A stretch of 64,000 nt of DNA. Origin: Octopus bimaculoides (Eukaryota). Made by a program: the position numbers and the translations under genes. Below the pieces are notes generated by a model that saw only the letters and a program-made list of their open reading frames with translations, was not told where the DNA came from and searched no databases. Of the stretch, positions 53,201 to 64,000 are shown piece after piece. Numbering within the stretch: the first letter of the stretch is position 1; every line of letters begins with the position of its first letter. Location: the NCBI RefSeq assembly GCF_001194135.2, contig NC_068982.1:117220692-117284691 (forward strand). Reading direction: 5' to 3'.

Positions 53201-53789
53201 ATGTTCTGTAGACCTAGACAACTGTGATATAACATGTATCATTCAAGGCGTTCCAGACATGGCTTCGTCGCCTTGTTTGTTTCAGTAATCCAATGTATTG
53301 TGTCTTAAGATTTTTCCATTTGCTTTGAAAGGAACTTCGTTGATCATAGAAAGCTATCGCTCTCTAAAATAATCCATGCCTGTGGTAAATGTAAGCCTGG
53401 GGAATATTAACATATGTTACTGAAATTCAAATTAAGAATCACAATGATAATACTCATATATTATTATAATATATAAAATAGTTTATATCATGAATTATAC
53501 ATACGATATTGTATAATTAAGAAAAAAATATTTTATCCCAGTAAATAACTGATAATATGTTTAGACCAGGATCAATGGCCTTCGGTAGGATTAGACTGAA
53601 GATTGATGCATAAATTATATTTCCCTGCTATTAATCATTACTCTACTTTTTACGCTACGCGTGTGGGAATTATGCTTATATCAATGTTAAGAATAGTGGA
53701 GAAAATGCAAAAGAACACAAAAGGCAAAACAAAAAAAAATCATAATCATTATTTTTTAAAATATCGAAGCACTATCGAATATTAATCTT

Positions 53790-53825
53790 TCGGCAGACTT
53801 AAAGCGGTTATCGAACAAATAATCG

Positions 53826-53880
<55 letters not shown>

Positions 53881-54512
53881 TAATGGTGGCTGTTCAGGAT
53901 CAAGCATTAAATACAAACCCAATAAAGAATATGTATAATTCAGGAGGAACACATGTTGTTTATGATGGAATGTGTTAAGGGTATGAAGGTTGACAGTGAA
54001 ATACATATAGTGAGTACCTCTAAGAAGCTTGCGCATAGAAAAGGCATCACGATCAAGTGCGCTTACATCTCAACTGGTCTCTATGCATGAAAAATGGGTT
54101 TTCAACCACTGAGAAATGGTATCAGCACAAATTAGAGAAAGTCCTAGAAAATCAGTCTGTGAAACCGTAAGATGAATTTACAATTCAGACGAATAGAGTT
54201 CAGACTTAACCTCGGTGGGAGAAGTTACTGTAAAGAGGTACCTCTTGATTGATATAGCCTCTCAAGGAGATCATTTCATGAAAGATGAAGAAAATGAGAA
54301 AATCAAAATATATGCAGACTTTCAATAGTTGTCGAAATAATGAGGAATATGAATGAAAGTGTGATGCTAATTGCGGTTGATGCTCTTGCGTCGTTGACGA
54401 AAAACATTGTGAAACTCTTTGATGTAACTGAAATCTGTCCCAGCATTATGAAATTACAAAATACAACGTTTTAGGGAATAACAATTTCCCAGCGGAAAGT
54501 AATCTTTAGCTA
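53790..54512 (+). mobile_element. Decayed R4/Dong-type 3' fragment (CCHC relic plus RLE) associated with a (CTA)n tract
   Basis: LMVAVQDQALNTN, HDQVRLHLNWSLC, EKWYQHKLEKVLENQSVK, FTIQTNR, LLIDIASQGD, ENEKIKIYADF. (CTA)n at 53827-53879. Confidence 0.85.
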
Positions 54513-54576
54513 AGTTTACACGATCGAGTCATTGTTCATATGATAGAATATAAAAAATAATCTACACACACACACA

Positions 54577-54614
<38 letters not shown>

Positions 54615-55480
54615 CACGCACACACGCACGCACACATACACACACACACAAGCACGCCCAATAACATACACCCAAACAGAGCTTTTACACGAAAATTCAT
54701 TTTCAGTATTTCAGTTGCAATTAATTGTATGAGCAGTATTTTGAATCAGATTTATAGCCCACGTAATATCATTACATGTATGCACATATTTCCAAGTATT
54801 TTCCCATTGCATCTCTTCATACAACTCCACCGCAAATCTTTCTAAATATTACGTATTTTCTCATTCCATCTCCTTTTTAAAATAGTGTCTGTATTTTTAT
54901 TATATTGTATATATCGACTGCAAGGACCGCAAATATTCTATGCAATTACAAGTAACAGCTACGAAAATATCTGAATAACCAACAATATAAAATAGAGCTC
55001 AATTGCCCTGAAATGAAATAAATTACAAGGACTCCACTGAAAAGTTATCTTATTAACTACTCACACTACATATTACACAAAGAAGCCTGTCAAAGCAGTA
55101 ACATAAACATTGACCTAACTAGGTAGAATCCTGAATTTGGCCAGTAACTGGTGTGAAACCGAGGTTAACTGTACAAATTTACAAACAGGCCAGATTTCAG
55201 ATAGAAAACAACCTCCCCTGATTTCACCCTGAACCCTAAAAAAAAACAAAAAAACTAACGAGATTCAGTTTGTTGCTTGCCAAGCTATTTGAAAATTCCC
55301 GAACGAAGCTGCATAGAGAATAATGCCCGGTTACATATGCAACTGTTCGTAATTTTTGTAATGAAAACACGTGTAGGCCGTCGTAACCATAAAAAATATG
55401 CTGTATGACATTGTAAAATAAAGGAAATATATCTCCATATTCTCCATATTCTCTATCTTGGCAGTTATTGCTAATACATA

Positions 55481-55674
55481 CATATGGGAGAATATACAAA
55501 TAATAACAACAGACGAGGACAGGTGGTGTAAATAACAAAAGTATATATCAGTATGACGCTCGGGAATACGGAAAGTCTTTAACGTTTCGAGCTACGCTCT
55601 TCAACAGAAAGAATACGGAGACAAGGAGAAAAACACGGAGAAAAAAAATTGAATAGTGTTCGGTCAGCATACAT

Positions 55675-55709
<35 letters not shown>

Positions 55710-55760
55710 TATATATAAATATATATATATATGGGAGAATGTACGAAAAAACAGCATACA
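55481..55760 (-). mobile_element. Penelope-like non-autonomous unit(s) in (CATA)n/(TA)n with a hammerhead-like motif
   Basis: atatgggagaat...cagcatacatac occurs twice (55482-55680 and a deleted form at 55729-55765). The minus strand of 55577-55611 has a Penelope-type minimal hammerhead layout. No PLE ORF is present, so the class is inferred. Confidence 0.6.
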
Positions 55761-56469
55761 TACATACATACATACATACATACATACACACACCTACACA
55801 CACACACATACNNNNNNNNNNNNNNNNNNNNNNNNNNNNNNNNNNNNNNNNNNNNNNNNNNNNNNNNNNNNNNNNNNNNNNNNNNNNNNNNNNNNNNNNN
55901 NNNNNNNNNNNNNNNNNNNNNNNNNNNNNNNNNNNNNNNNNNNNNNNNNNNNNNNNNNNNNNNNNNNNNNNNNNNNNNNNNNNNNNNNNNNNNNNNNNNN
56001 NNNNNNNNNNNNNNNNNNNNNNNNNNNNNNNNNNNNNNNNNNNNNNNNNNNNNNNNNNNNNNNNNNNNNNNNNNNNNNNNNNNNNNNNNNNNNNNNNNNN
56101 NNNNNNNNNNNNNNNNNNNNNNNNNNNNNNNNNNNNNNNNNNNNNNNNNNNNNNNNNNNNNNNNNNNNNNNNNNNNNNNNNNNNNNNNNNNNNNNNNNNN
56201 NNNNNNNNNNNNNNNNNNNNNNNNNNNNNNNNNNNNNNNNNNNNNNNNNNNNNNNNNNNNNNNNNNNNNNNNNNNNNNNNNNNNNNNNNNNNNNNNNNNN
56301 NNNNNNNNNNNNNNNNNNNNNNNNNNNNNNNNNNNNNNNNNNNNNNNNNNNNNNNNNNNNNNNNNNNNNNNNNNNNNNNNNNNNNNNNNNNNNAAGAGAG
56401 AAGAGAGTGATAGAGAGAGGAAGAGAGAAGAGAGTGAGAGAGAGTAAGAGAGAGGAGAGAAAGAGAAGG

Positions 56470-56639
56470 GGTGAAGAGAAGTGGGAGTGAAGAGAAGTAG
56501 GAATGAAGAGAAGTAGGAAGAGAAGTAGGAGTGAAGAGAAGTAGGAGTGAAGAGAAGTAGGAGTGAAGAGAAGTAGGAGTGAAGAGAAGTAGGAGTAAAG
56601 AGAAGTAGGAGTGAAGAGAAGTAGGAGTGAAGAGAAGTA
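56470..56639. repeat. 16-bp purine-rich minisatellite (GGAGTGAAGAGAAGTA)n, about 10-11 units
   Basis: Visible directly. Confidence 0.95.
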
Positions 56640-56654
56640 TATATATATATATAT

Positions 56655-56787
56655 AGCAGCAGCAGCAACAGCAGAAGAAAAAGAAGAAGAAGAGGAAGAA
56701 TAAGAAGAAGAAAAAGAAGAAGAATAAGAATAAGAAGAAGGAGGAGGAGGAGGAGGAGAAGAAGAAGAAGAAGAAGAAGAAGAAGAA

Positions 56788-56818
<31 letters not shown>

Positions 56819-56836
56819 AAGACGACGACGACGACG
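56655..56836. repeat. Compound (GCA)/(GAA)/(GGA)/(GAC) trinucleotide tract
   Basis: Visible directly. Confidence 0.95.
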
Positions 56837-57147
56837 AATGGGATGCAACATTTACTGAAGCTGTTTCAGTAGAATTTTATTTATACCTTCATAGAACATA
56901 TTGCATAAATCTATCCCCCTCAGCTAAAATTTTAAACATGTATAAACTCTGATGAAGACCTATTCAACAACTAACATGATGCGTTAGTGATGTTTAAGAG
57001 TACGATGATAGAATATGTACAGAAGACAAAGAAATAAATCGGTCATTCTAGAATGTGTTATCTTAAACAGTTTACAGCCATGGTCCACTGTGAAGCAATG
57101 TTAGGATGCACATGGGTCATCCAAAATATTTCTGGGGAGATATCAGG

Positions 57148-57187
<40 letters not shown>

Positions 57188-57216
57188 TACTATTATTAAT
57201 ATTATTATTATTATTA

Positions 57217-57956
57217 TACTCTTTTACTTGTTTCAGTCATTTGACTGTGGCCATGCTGGAGCACCGCCTTTAGTCGAGAAAATCTACCCCAGGACTTATT
57301 CTTTGTAAGCCTAGTACTTATTCTATCGGTCTCTTTTTACCGAACCGTTAAGTTACGGGGACGCAAACACACCAGCATCGGCTGTCAAGCGATAGTGGGG
57401 GCGGACAAACTCAGGCACACAAACACACATACANNNNNNNNNNNNNNNNNNNNNNNNNNNNNNNNNNNNNNNNNNNNNNNNNNNNNNNNNNNNNNNNNNN
57501 NNNNNNNNNNNNNNNNNNNNNNNNNNNNNNNNNNNNNNNNNNNNNNNNNNNNNNNNNNNNNNNNNNNNNNNNNNNNNNNNNNNNNNNNNNNNNNNNNNNN
57601 NNNNNNNNNNNNNNNNNNNNNNNNNNNNNNNNNNNNNNNNNNNNNNNNNNNNNNNNNNNNNNNNNNNNNNNNNNNNNNNNNNNNNNNNNNNNNNNNNNNN
57701 NNNNNNNNNNNNNNNNNNNNNNNNNNNNNNNNNNNNNNNNNNNNNNNNNNNNNNNNNNNNNNNNATATATATATATATATATATATATATATACGACGGG
57801 CTTCTTTCAGTTTCCGTCTACCAAATCCACTCACAAGGCTTTGGTCGGCCCGAGGCTATAGTAGAAAATACTTGCCCAAGGTGCCACGCATTGGGACTGA
57901 ACCCAGAACCATGTGGTTGGTAAGCAAGCTACCTACCACACAGCCACTCCTGCGCC
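57217..57956 (-). mobile_element. Full-length tRNA-derived SINE family B (CORE-like) with an internal microsatellite and gap
   Basis: Minus strand: A box TGGCTGTGTGG (57936-57946), B box GGTTCAGTCCC (57893-57903), CORE-like accttgggcaagt, internal (TA)/(TG) tract spanning the N-gap, and 3' end ..cagcatggccacagtcaaatgactgaaacaagtaaaagag. ATT repeats on both flanks. Confidence 0.92.
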
Positions 57957-58006
<50 letters not shown>

Positions 58007-58667
58007 GCATGTACTAATACAGATATAAACGAGATGTGTGTGCAGGCTTGTGTTCGCTTGCGTGTATGTATGGGTTCGTAGTATTTAATTTACAAATTTC
58101 AGAATTCAATAGAACAGAATAATGCAGAAAGAAGATGAAGAAAAGCATTTTAGTATTGATAATAAATATTCTTTGGTAATATTCCACTTAAGATATCTAA
58201 TCGAAGAAACCCAACAACTAGTGGTCAAATTCTTTAGTTTTCTTAGCCATCACGACTAAGACTATGCTGGAGCAGACGTTTGAAGTGGTTTCATTTGAAT
58301 TTATTGTAAGTTTGTCTGAAATAGTTAAAATCTTAGAAAATTTCCTTTTTCCTGTTAAATATATTCAGCACCCATTCATCTCTGTCTTAATATTGTCAAA
58401 CAAAGACTTCGAGTTACACAACAAAAGCAACAACATCATCATCATCATCATCATCGTCATCAACAACAGCAACTACAACAGCAACACTATATATAACAAC
58501 AACATAATTGATAACAATAATAATACTAATAATAATAAAGACAGCAATTATAAGACGAGGAAGAAGAAGAAGCAGAGAAAGGAGGAGAAGACTATATATT
58601 GAATTGTTAATCAATTATCAGTTTGCTTCTTACTATCGCATTCTATTCTCTTTGAATATCACGCTGT

Positions 58668-58675
58668 TTGTGTGT

Positions 58676-58718
<43 letters not shown>

Positions 58719-58741
58719 TGAGTGAGTGTGTGTGTGTGTGA

Positions 58742-58773
<32 letters not shown>

Positions 58774-58840
58774 GTGTGTGTGTGTGTGTGTGTGTGAGTG
58801 AGTGTGTGTGTGTGTGAGTGTGTGTGTGTGAGTGAGTGTG

Positions 58841-58884
<44 letters not shown>

Positions 58885-59561
58885 TGAGTGTGTGTGCGTG
58901 CCTGTTTNNNNNNNNNNNNNNNNNNNNNNNNNNNNNNNNNNNNNNNNNNNNNNNNNNNNNNNNNNNNNNNNNNNNNNNNNNNNNNNNNNNNNNNNNNNNN
59001 NNNNNNNNNNNNNNNNNNNNNNNNNNNNNNNNNNNNNNNNNNNNNNNNNNNNNNNNNNNNNNNNNNNNNNNNNNNNNNNNNNNNNNNNNNNNNNNNNNNN
59101 NNNNNNNNNNNNNNNNNNNNNNNNNNNNNNNNNNNNNNNNNNNNNNNNNNNNNNNNNNNNNNNNNNNNNNNNNNNNNNNNNNNNNNNNNNNNNNNNNNNN
59201 NNNNNNNNNNNNNNNNNNNNNNNNNNNNNNNNNNNNNNNNNNNNNNNNNNNNNNNNNNNNNNNNNNNNNNNNNNNNNNNNNNNNNNNNNNNNNNNNNNNN
59301 NNNNNNNNNNNNNNNNNNNNNNNNNNNNNNNNNNNNNNNNNNNNNNNNNNNNNNNNNNNNNNNNNNNNNNNNNNNNNNNNNNNNNNNNNNNNNNNNNNNN
59401 NNNNNNNNNNNNNNNNNNNNNNNNNNNNNNNNNNNNNNNNNNNNNNNNNNNNGAGTCTGTGTGTGTGTGAGTGAGTGTGAGTGGGTGTGTGTGTGTGAGT
59501 GAGTGTGCGTGTGTGTGAGTGAGTGTGTGTGTGTGTGAGTGTGTGTGTGTGAGTGAGTGTG

Positions 59562-59605
<44 letters not shown>

Positions 59606-59627
59606 TGAGTGTGTGTGCGTGCCTGTT
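58668..59627. repeat. (GT)n/(GAGT)n compound microsatellite spanning an N-gap
   Basis: Visible directly. Confidence 0.96.
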
Positions 59628-62600
59628 TTCAGTTGCAGTGTGTCATTTGTTGTGTAGTCGTAATTGTTTTAGAGTGTCATTGTATAAATTGTGCCTGAAT
59701 ATGTGGGTTGTATTTTAAAGTACGTACTTTATAGTCTGTGTTTTTATTGAGCACGTATATATGTTTTAATGAATGTGTGTATTTCCTTGTGTATCTGTAC
59801 GTCTGATTTAATGTATGTGCTATCAATTTAATTGCGTATGTGTTAAAGAATCAATATTTCTTTATATGCGTCTTTTAATACATGCATGTCTCAACGAGTG
59901 TTTTAAAGTGCATGTAATTGTGTTTCAATGTGTCTTGATTTATGTGTTGAGTCTTAATGAACGTTCCTTATTGTGTGTGTTTCATTATGTGCAACTGTAT
60001 TAATGTGTGTTCAGTTTAACGTCTGCGTGTTTTAGTGCGTGCTTACATGTGATTTAATGTGCCTATATCACAGTGCTATAATGTATGCGAGAGTATTACA
60101 TATGAGTTTTTTTTTTTCACTGTCTATATTTAATTTGTATGTGAGGTTGTAGCGTGGGTGGTTCCTTTTATTTGTAATATGAAAGAGATCAGATAATTTT
60201 TACCATCACATGTGAATATTAGTCAGCAGCAAAATATGAGTTACAAATTTTATCGAAACGTCATTACTTTTTAGTGATATTGCTGCTCTTGTAGTTGTTT
60301 TGTTTAGAACTCCCAGGTCGGTTCAGGTATAAATGTAATCATTTGGTATTCTACTGGTAACCATCACACCAATTTTTTATTATGTCCCTACAGACTGTTT
60401 TCTTTTTAATTCTATGTTTCTGGTCTGTATTTGCAGGTAAAATTGGTTGTTATCTGTAGCATGTACAAATGTCTATTTAAAAAAAAAAAAAGTTCCTGTA
60501 GTTTAGATTACGAATGTCTGGGGTGAATCGTTATTAGCATATACCACACCGTGTACATGACTGGTACTTGTTCATATAGGGAGTAGGAAGATTTAAATCG
60601 ACAATCCTTAACTTCTAGTTTCGTATATGTAAGGATTTGACAGCAGATATAAACCTCTTGACTGGTGTGCTACTTTTTACCAATGTGACACGAAGGCTTT
60701 CGGAGCTAAGTTTGCTCTAATAGTGCATGGAAATCTGTATCCATCCTCCTCGTATCCATTTAGCAGCATCCACTCTACATGTCTCACTAATTATAAATTT
60801 CATTCTGATACTAAACATGTGTTAAGTTTTATTTTTCTGGTATTTCACTTTTCGATGTTTGCAGTTTTCTTCTATCGCATAGGTTTCCGCCTGTAATCTA
60901 TCCCTCTACTTATAGCACAATCAAGTGTTTCTCTGCTCATGACACTATTCTGAACTCACTGTATGTCAGATCTTGGTTTCCACGTATTTAAAATTTTAAT
61001 GTTAACAGCTCAGTTCTACCACGGCATAGTCTTAACAGAATTTCTGCTCGTAAAATTAAATACATATAACTAACATTCTCAATGACAGTTAATTTGTTTG
61101 CTCTATTTAACGACAGAATAAATATTATCCAACTGAGACGAAAATATGAAAATATCTATATGCGTTGGCCATAACATATTTAGGTATGTAAATTCTTTAA
61201 TTTAATTTATCAATGTATATTTTCACGAACACATTCTAGTAAACTGTTGCAATAATTATCATTAGTTCTTCCCGTTTGAACTCTCTATTTAACGGATATT
61301 CTGAAATCACGTAATGTAGAATTAATTTTGCTTTGTAATATTTAGAAAGATTTGCGGAGAAATATTTTATCAGTTGGTAAATAAGAAGACGTAAATTATC
61401 TGCAACCAATTTTCCTTGTTATAGCTATGAAAAGAATCATAAATGTTTATAGAAAATTGTTTTTGTCTGGTTGTTCTAGCGATTCGTCAATCCGTTCGTG
61501 TCTATGACAACAAGTTAGATGGATGTGCAAGTAGTGTCAGATTTAGAGTAAGTGTTGTTTAAACTGACGACATTTTTATTCAAACAATAATTTAAACTCA
61601 TGGCCATTCGTTTTATGTCCATTCCTTCGTGCTTCCAAATGTAATTTGTTCGGTAGTATTCTATACAAGATTCCTTTGTTTTAGGATGTTAAGTTTTAAA
61701 GTGAGGAAAATGTGTCAGGTCGGTAGAGAGATTACGAACACAGCTCAATTTATTTGGATACATTAAAGATGTACCCAAATACATCTATAATGATGCTTCA
61801 AGGAAAGATGAGAGTAGAAAACTTTTGGAAAGTGAACATCTAAGAAGCAAAATGAGTAAAACCGTTGTAGATAATAAAAACTCAAGTAGAGTTGGTGCCT
61901 TCTCGTTACGTAACATTCACAACGAATTTGTGATGGTTTCAACGCCGATAGTGATGCACAATTCTCAGTGTTCTGCCATGTGGCACTCTCATAAAACTTC
62001 TCCTTTTCGTTGCTAATCTTAGGCTTGAATGATTAGAGGTCTTCCTGGAGAGGGACTCATCTTATTACAATATTTCCCCTTCTTCTATATAGAGTGTGAA
62101 GGTTAAAACTACCTTGTCTTATTCTGGTTCATTGTCATACTTTTACCGCTAGTGGATAATTCCCCATAGGCTCTTGAATTCATCCCTCAAGGTCATTAAT
62201 TTTTTTATGAAGTTGATGCACAATAGATATTTTCCAGAGTGAACGATCACAAACGGAGACGTCCATAACTTTATAGCTTTGTATGACAAGAACTATATTA
62301 TACGATGTATTCTTCATAACTTCCTGTAAAATGATACCGTTTGATTTGTAAGAAAATAGGGAAAGGTTTCTAGCAAACCGAATGGAGGTGATATGTCATT
62401 CGAACATAAATAGTGTGTATCACTGTGCTATAATTTTCGTCGATATTTATTACCGTCTCGACGATTGATTGTCTGCAAGTAAGTCTTAGAGAGTACGCAA
62501 ATTTCTTGCATAATAATTTAATATCATAGATGGCAGCAATTAAATTTTGGTAAATTGAAATGCGAATGAAATAAATAACTTTAATTCAATACAGAAAAGA

Positions 62601-63003
62601 TTTCAACTGATGAATATCTTTCAAAATTATACTTGAAAGATGAAGTAATATTTTAAATGCTTTCTGAATACATTATGAGGTGTATTTTAATGCAGTTCTT
62701 TAAGAGTTTTCTAACATATAATCTTTAAGCACGTAATAAGTTACATAAGTGTAATTAAAGAAGAATAAAAAATTAAATAGAAAAGTATCAAATATAGGAG
62801 AGGTGAAATTCAATATTTAACATACACATACACATACTATATATATANNNNNNNNNNNNNNNNNNNNNNNNNNNNNNNNNNNNNNNNNNNNNNNNNNNNN
62901 NNNNNNNNNNNNNNNNNNNNNNNNNNNNNNNNNNNNNNNNNNNNNNNNATATATATATATATATATATGCATATATATATATGTGTGTACATATATGTAT
63001 ATA

Positions 63004-63037
<34 letters not shown>

Positions 63038-63476
63038 CATATATATACATATATATACATACATGCATACATACATGCACACACTTGCTATAATAAGAGT
63101 CATTGTTCCAAGACCACCAGTAACTCACTATTAAGATACACAGTGCAATGCAATGAAAACAGGAGAAACAGGCTTACCTAGCGTGGAATATATACGTAAG
63201 GAATGTATATTTCAATATCAATTGATTTCACCATCTGTATGACAAACATTCTTTGGGATTGTCAGTTGAAAATAACATTATACGACTTGCTATAATCGGA
63301 GCCATTGCTCCTAAACCACCAGTAATTCATTATATATTAATAGTGAGTTACATGCGGCTTTGAAGGAATGGCTCCGATTATAGCAAGTGGTGTTTATTTA
63401 AACATACATACACTTACACACACACACACACANNNNNNNNNNNNNNNNNNNNNNNNNNNNNNNNNNNNNNNNNNNN

Positions 63477-63511
<35 letters not shown>

Positions 63512-63926
63512 GTAGTTTCACGTAGATATTCATCTAATATATATCGTGCTTACTATATACCTACATATGTATTCTATCTATCCATTAATCATCTATCTCA
63601 TATGTATGTGTATGTATTTGCATGTTTGTATGTATGTGTATGTATGTGTGTGTATGTATGTGTGTATTTCTGTAAATTATATATTTCTATAAGCAAATTA
63701 ATAGATTAAATGTAGGTATTGAACTCGCCTAATGGAAGTATCAAGAATATACTTTAAATTGATATATATCAAGAGGTTATGTATCCGGTGTAACAGTTTA
63801 TATTTTAATGCGTGTAATATGAAATTGTTTTAATCGGAAGGACAGGCGAAATTATTTAAGTTATCTCATTGTACAGAAATTCTTTACCAAGTTTCTCTCT
63901 GACTGTGTGCCTCTCTTTGCATATCC

Positions 63927-63960
<34 letters not shown>

Positions 63961-64000
63961 ATATATATATATATATAAAGGTATATATATATATATATAT

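Noticed and set aside
56948-56975. ctgatgaagacc, a perfect hammerhead first half
   Set aside because: No complementary stem II strand or GAAA follows.
57893-57956. tRNA gene suggested by intact A and B boxes
   Set aside because: It is the head of a multi-copy SINE and continues into CORE-like body sequence.
61705-62016. Open frame with RTQLNLFGYI, faintly like an RTE-clade C-terminus
   Set aside because: Similarity is limited to a few residues, with no supporting RT motifs nearby.

Overview
AT-rich eukaryotic DNA with 14 N-gaps, nearly all flanked by microsatellites. No intact host gene, RNA gene or CRISPR array is supportable, and most ORF-track entries are translated microsatellites or run through Ns. 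The SINE families and microsatellite load look like an octopus (cephalopod) short-read assembly; this is an inference from recalled repeat families, not a search. Transposon content: (1) at least nine decayed R4/Dong-type non-LTR retrotransposon pieces (RT, CCHC zinc knuckle, restriction-like endonuclease), eight on the + strand and many chained head-to-tail on (TAA)n tracts between 13 and 25 kb; (2) two copies of a ~540-bp non-coding element with no tRNA head, each bracketed by TAA-type repeats; (3) two tRNA-derived SINE families, one MetaSINE-like (A) and one CORE-like (B); (4) two internally deleted Tc1/mariner elements with TIRs and TA target sites; (5) a miniature Helitron relic; (6) a Penelope-like unit carrying a variant minimal hammerhead-ribozyme motif. 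An unexplained 21-bp periodic relic at 31.2 kb reads as a coiled-coil heptad. The most promising leads are the (TAA)n-centred retroposon cluster with its non-coding passenger, the hammerhead-like motif and the heptad relic. All alignments were done by eye, and element boundaries are approximate unless a motif is quoted.
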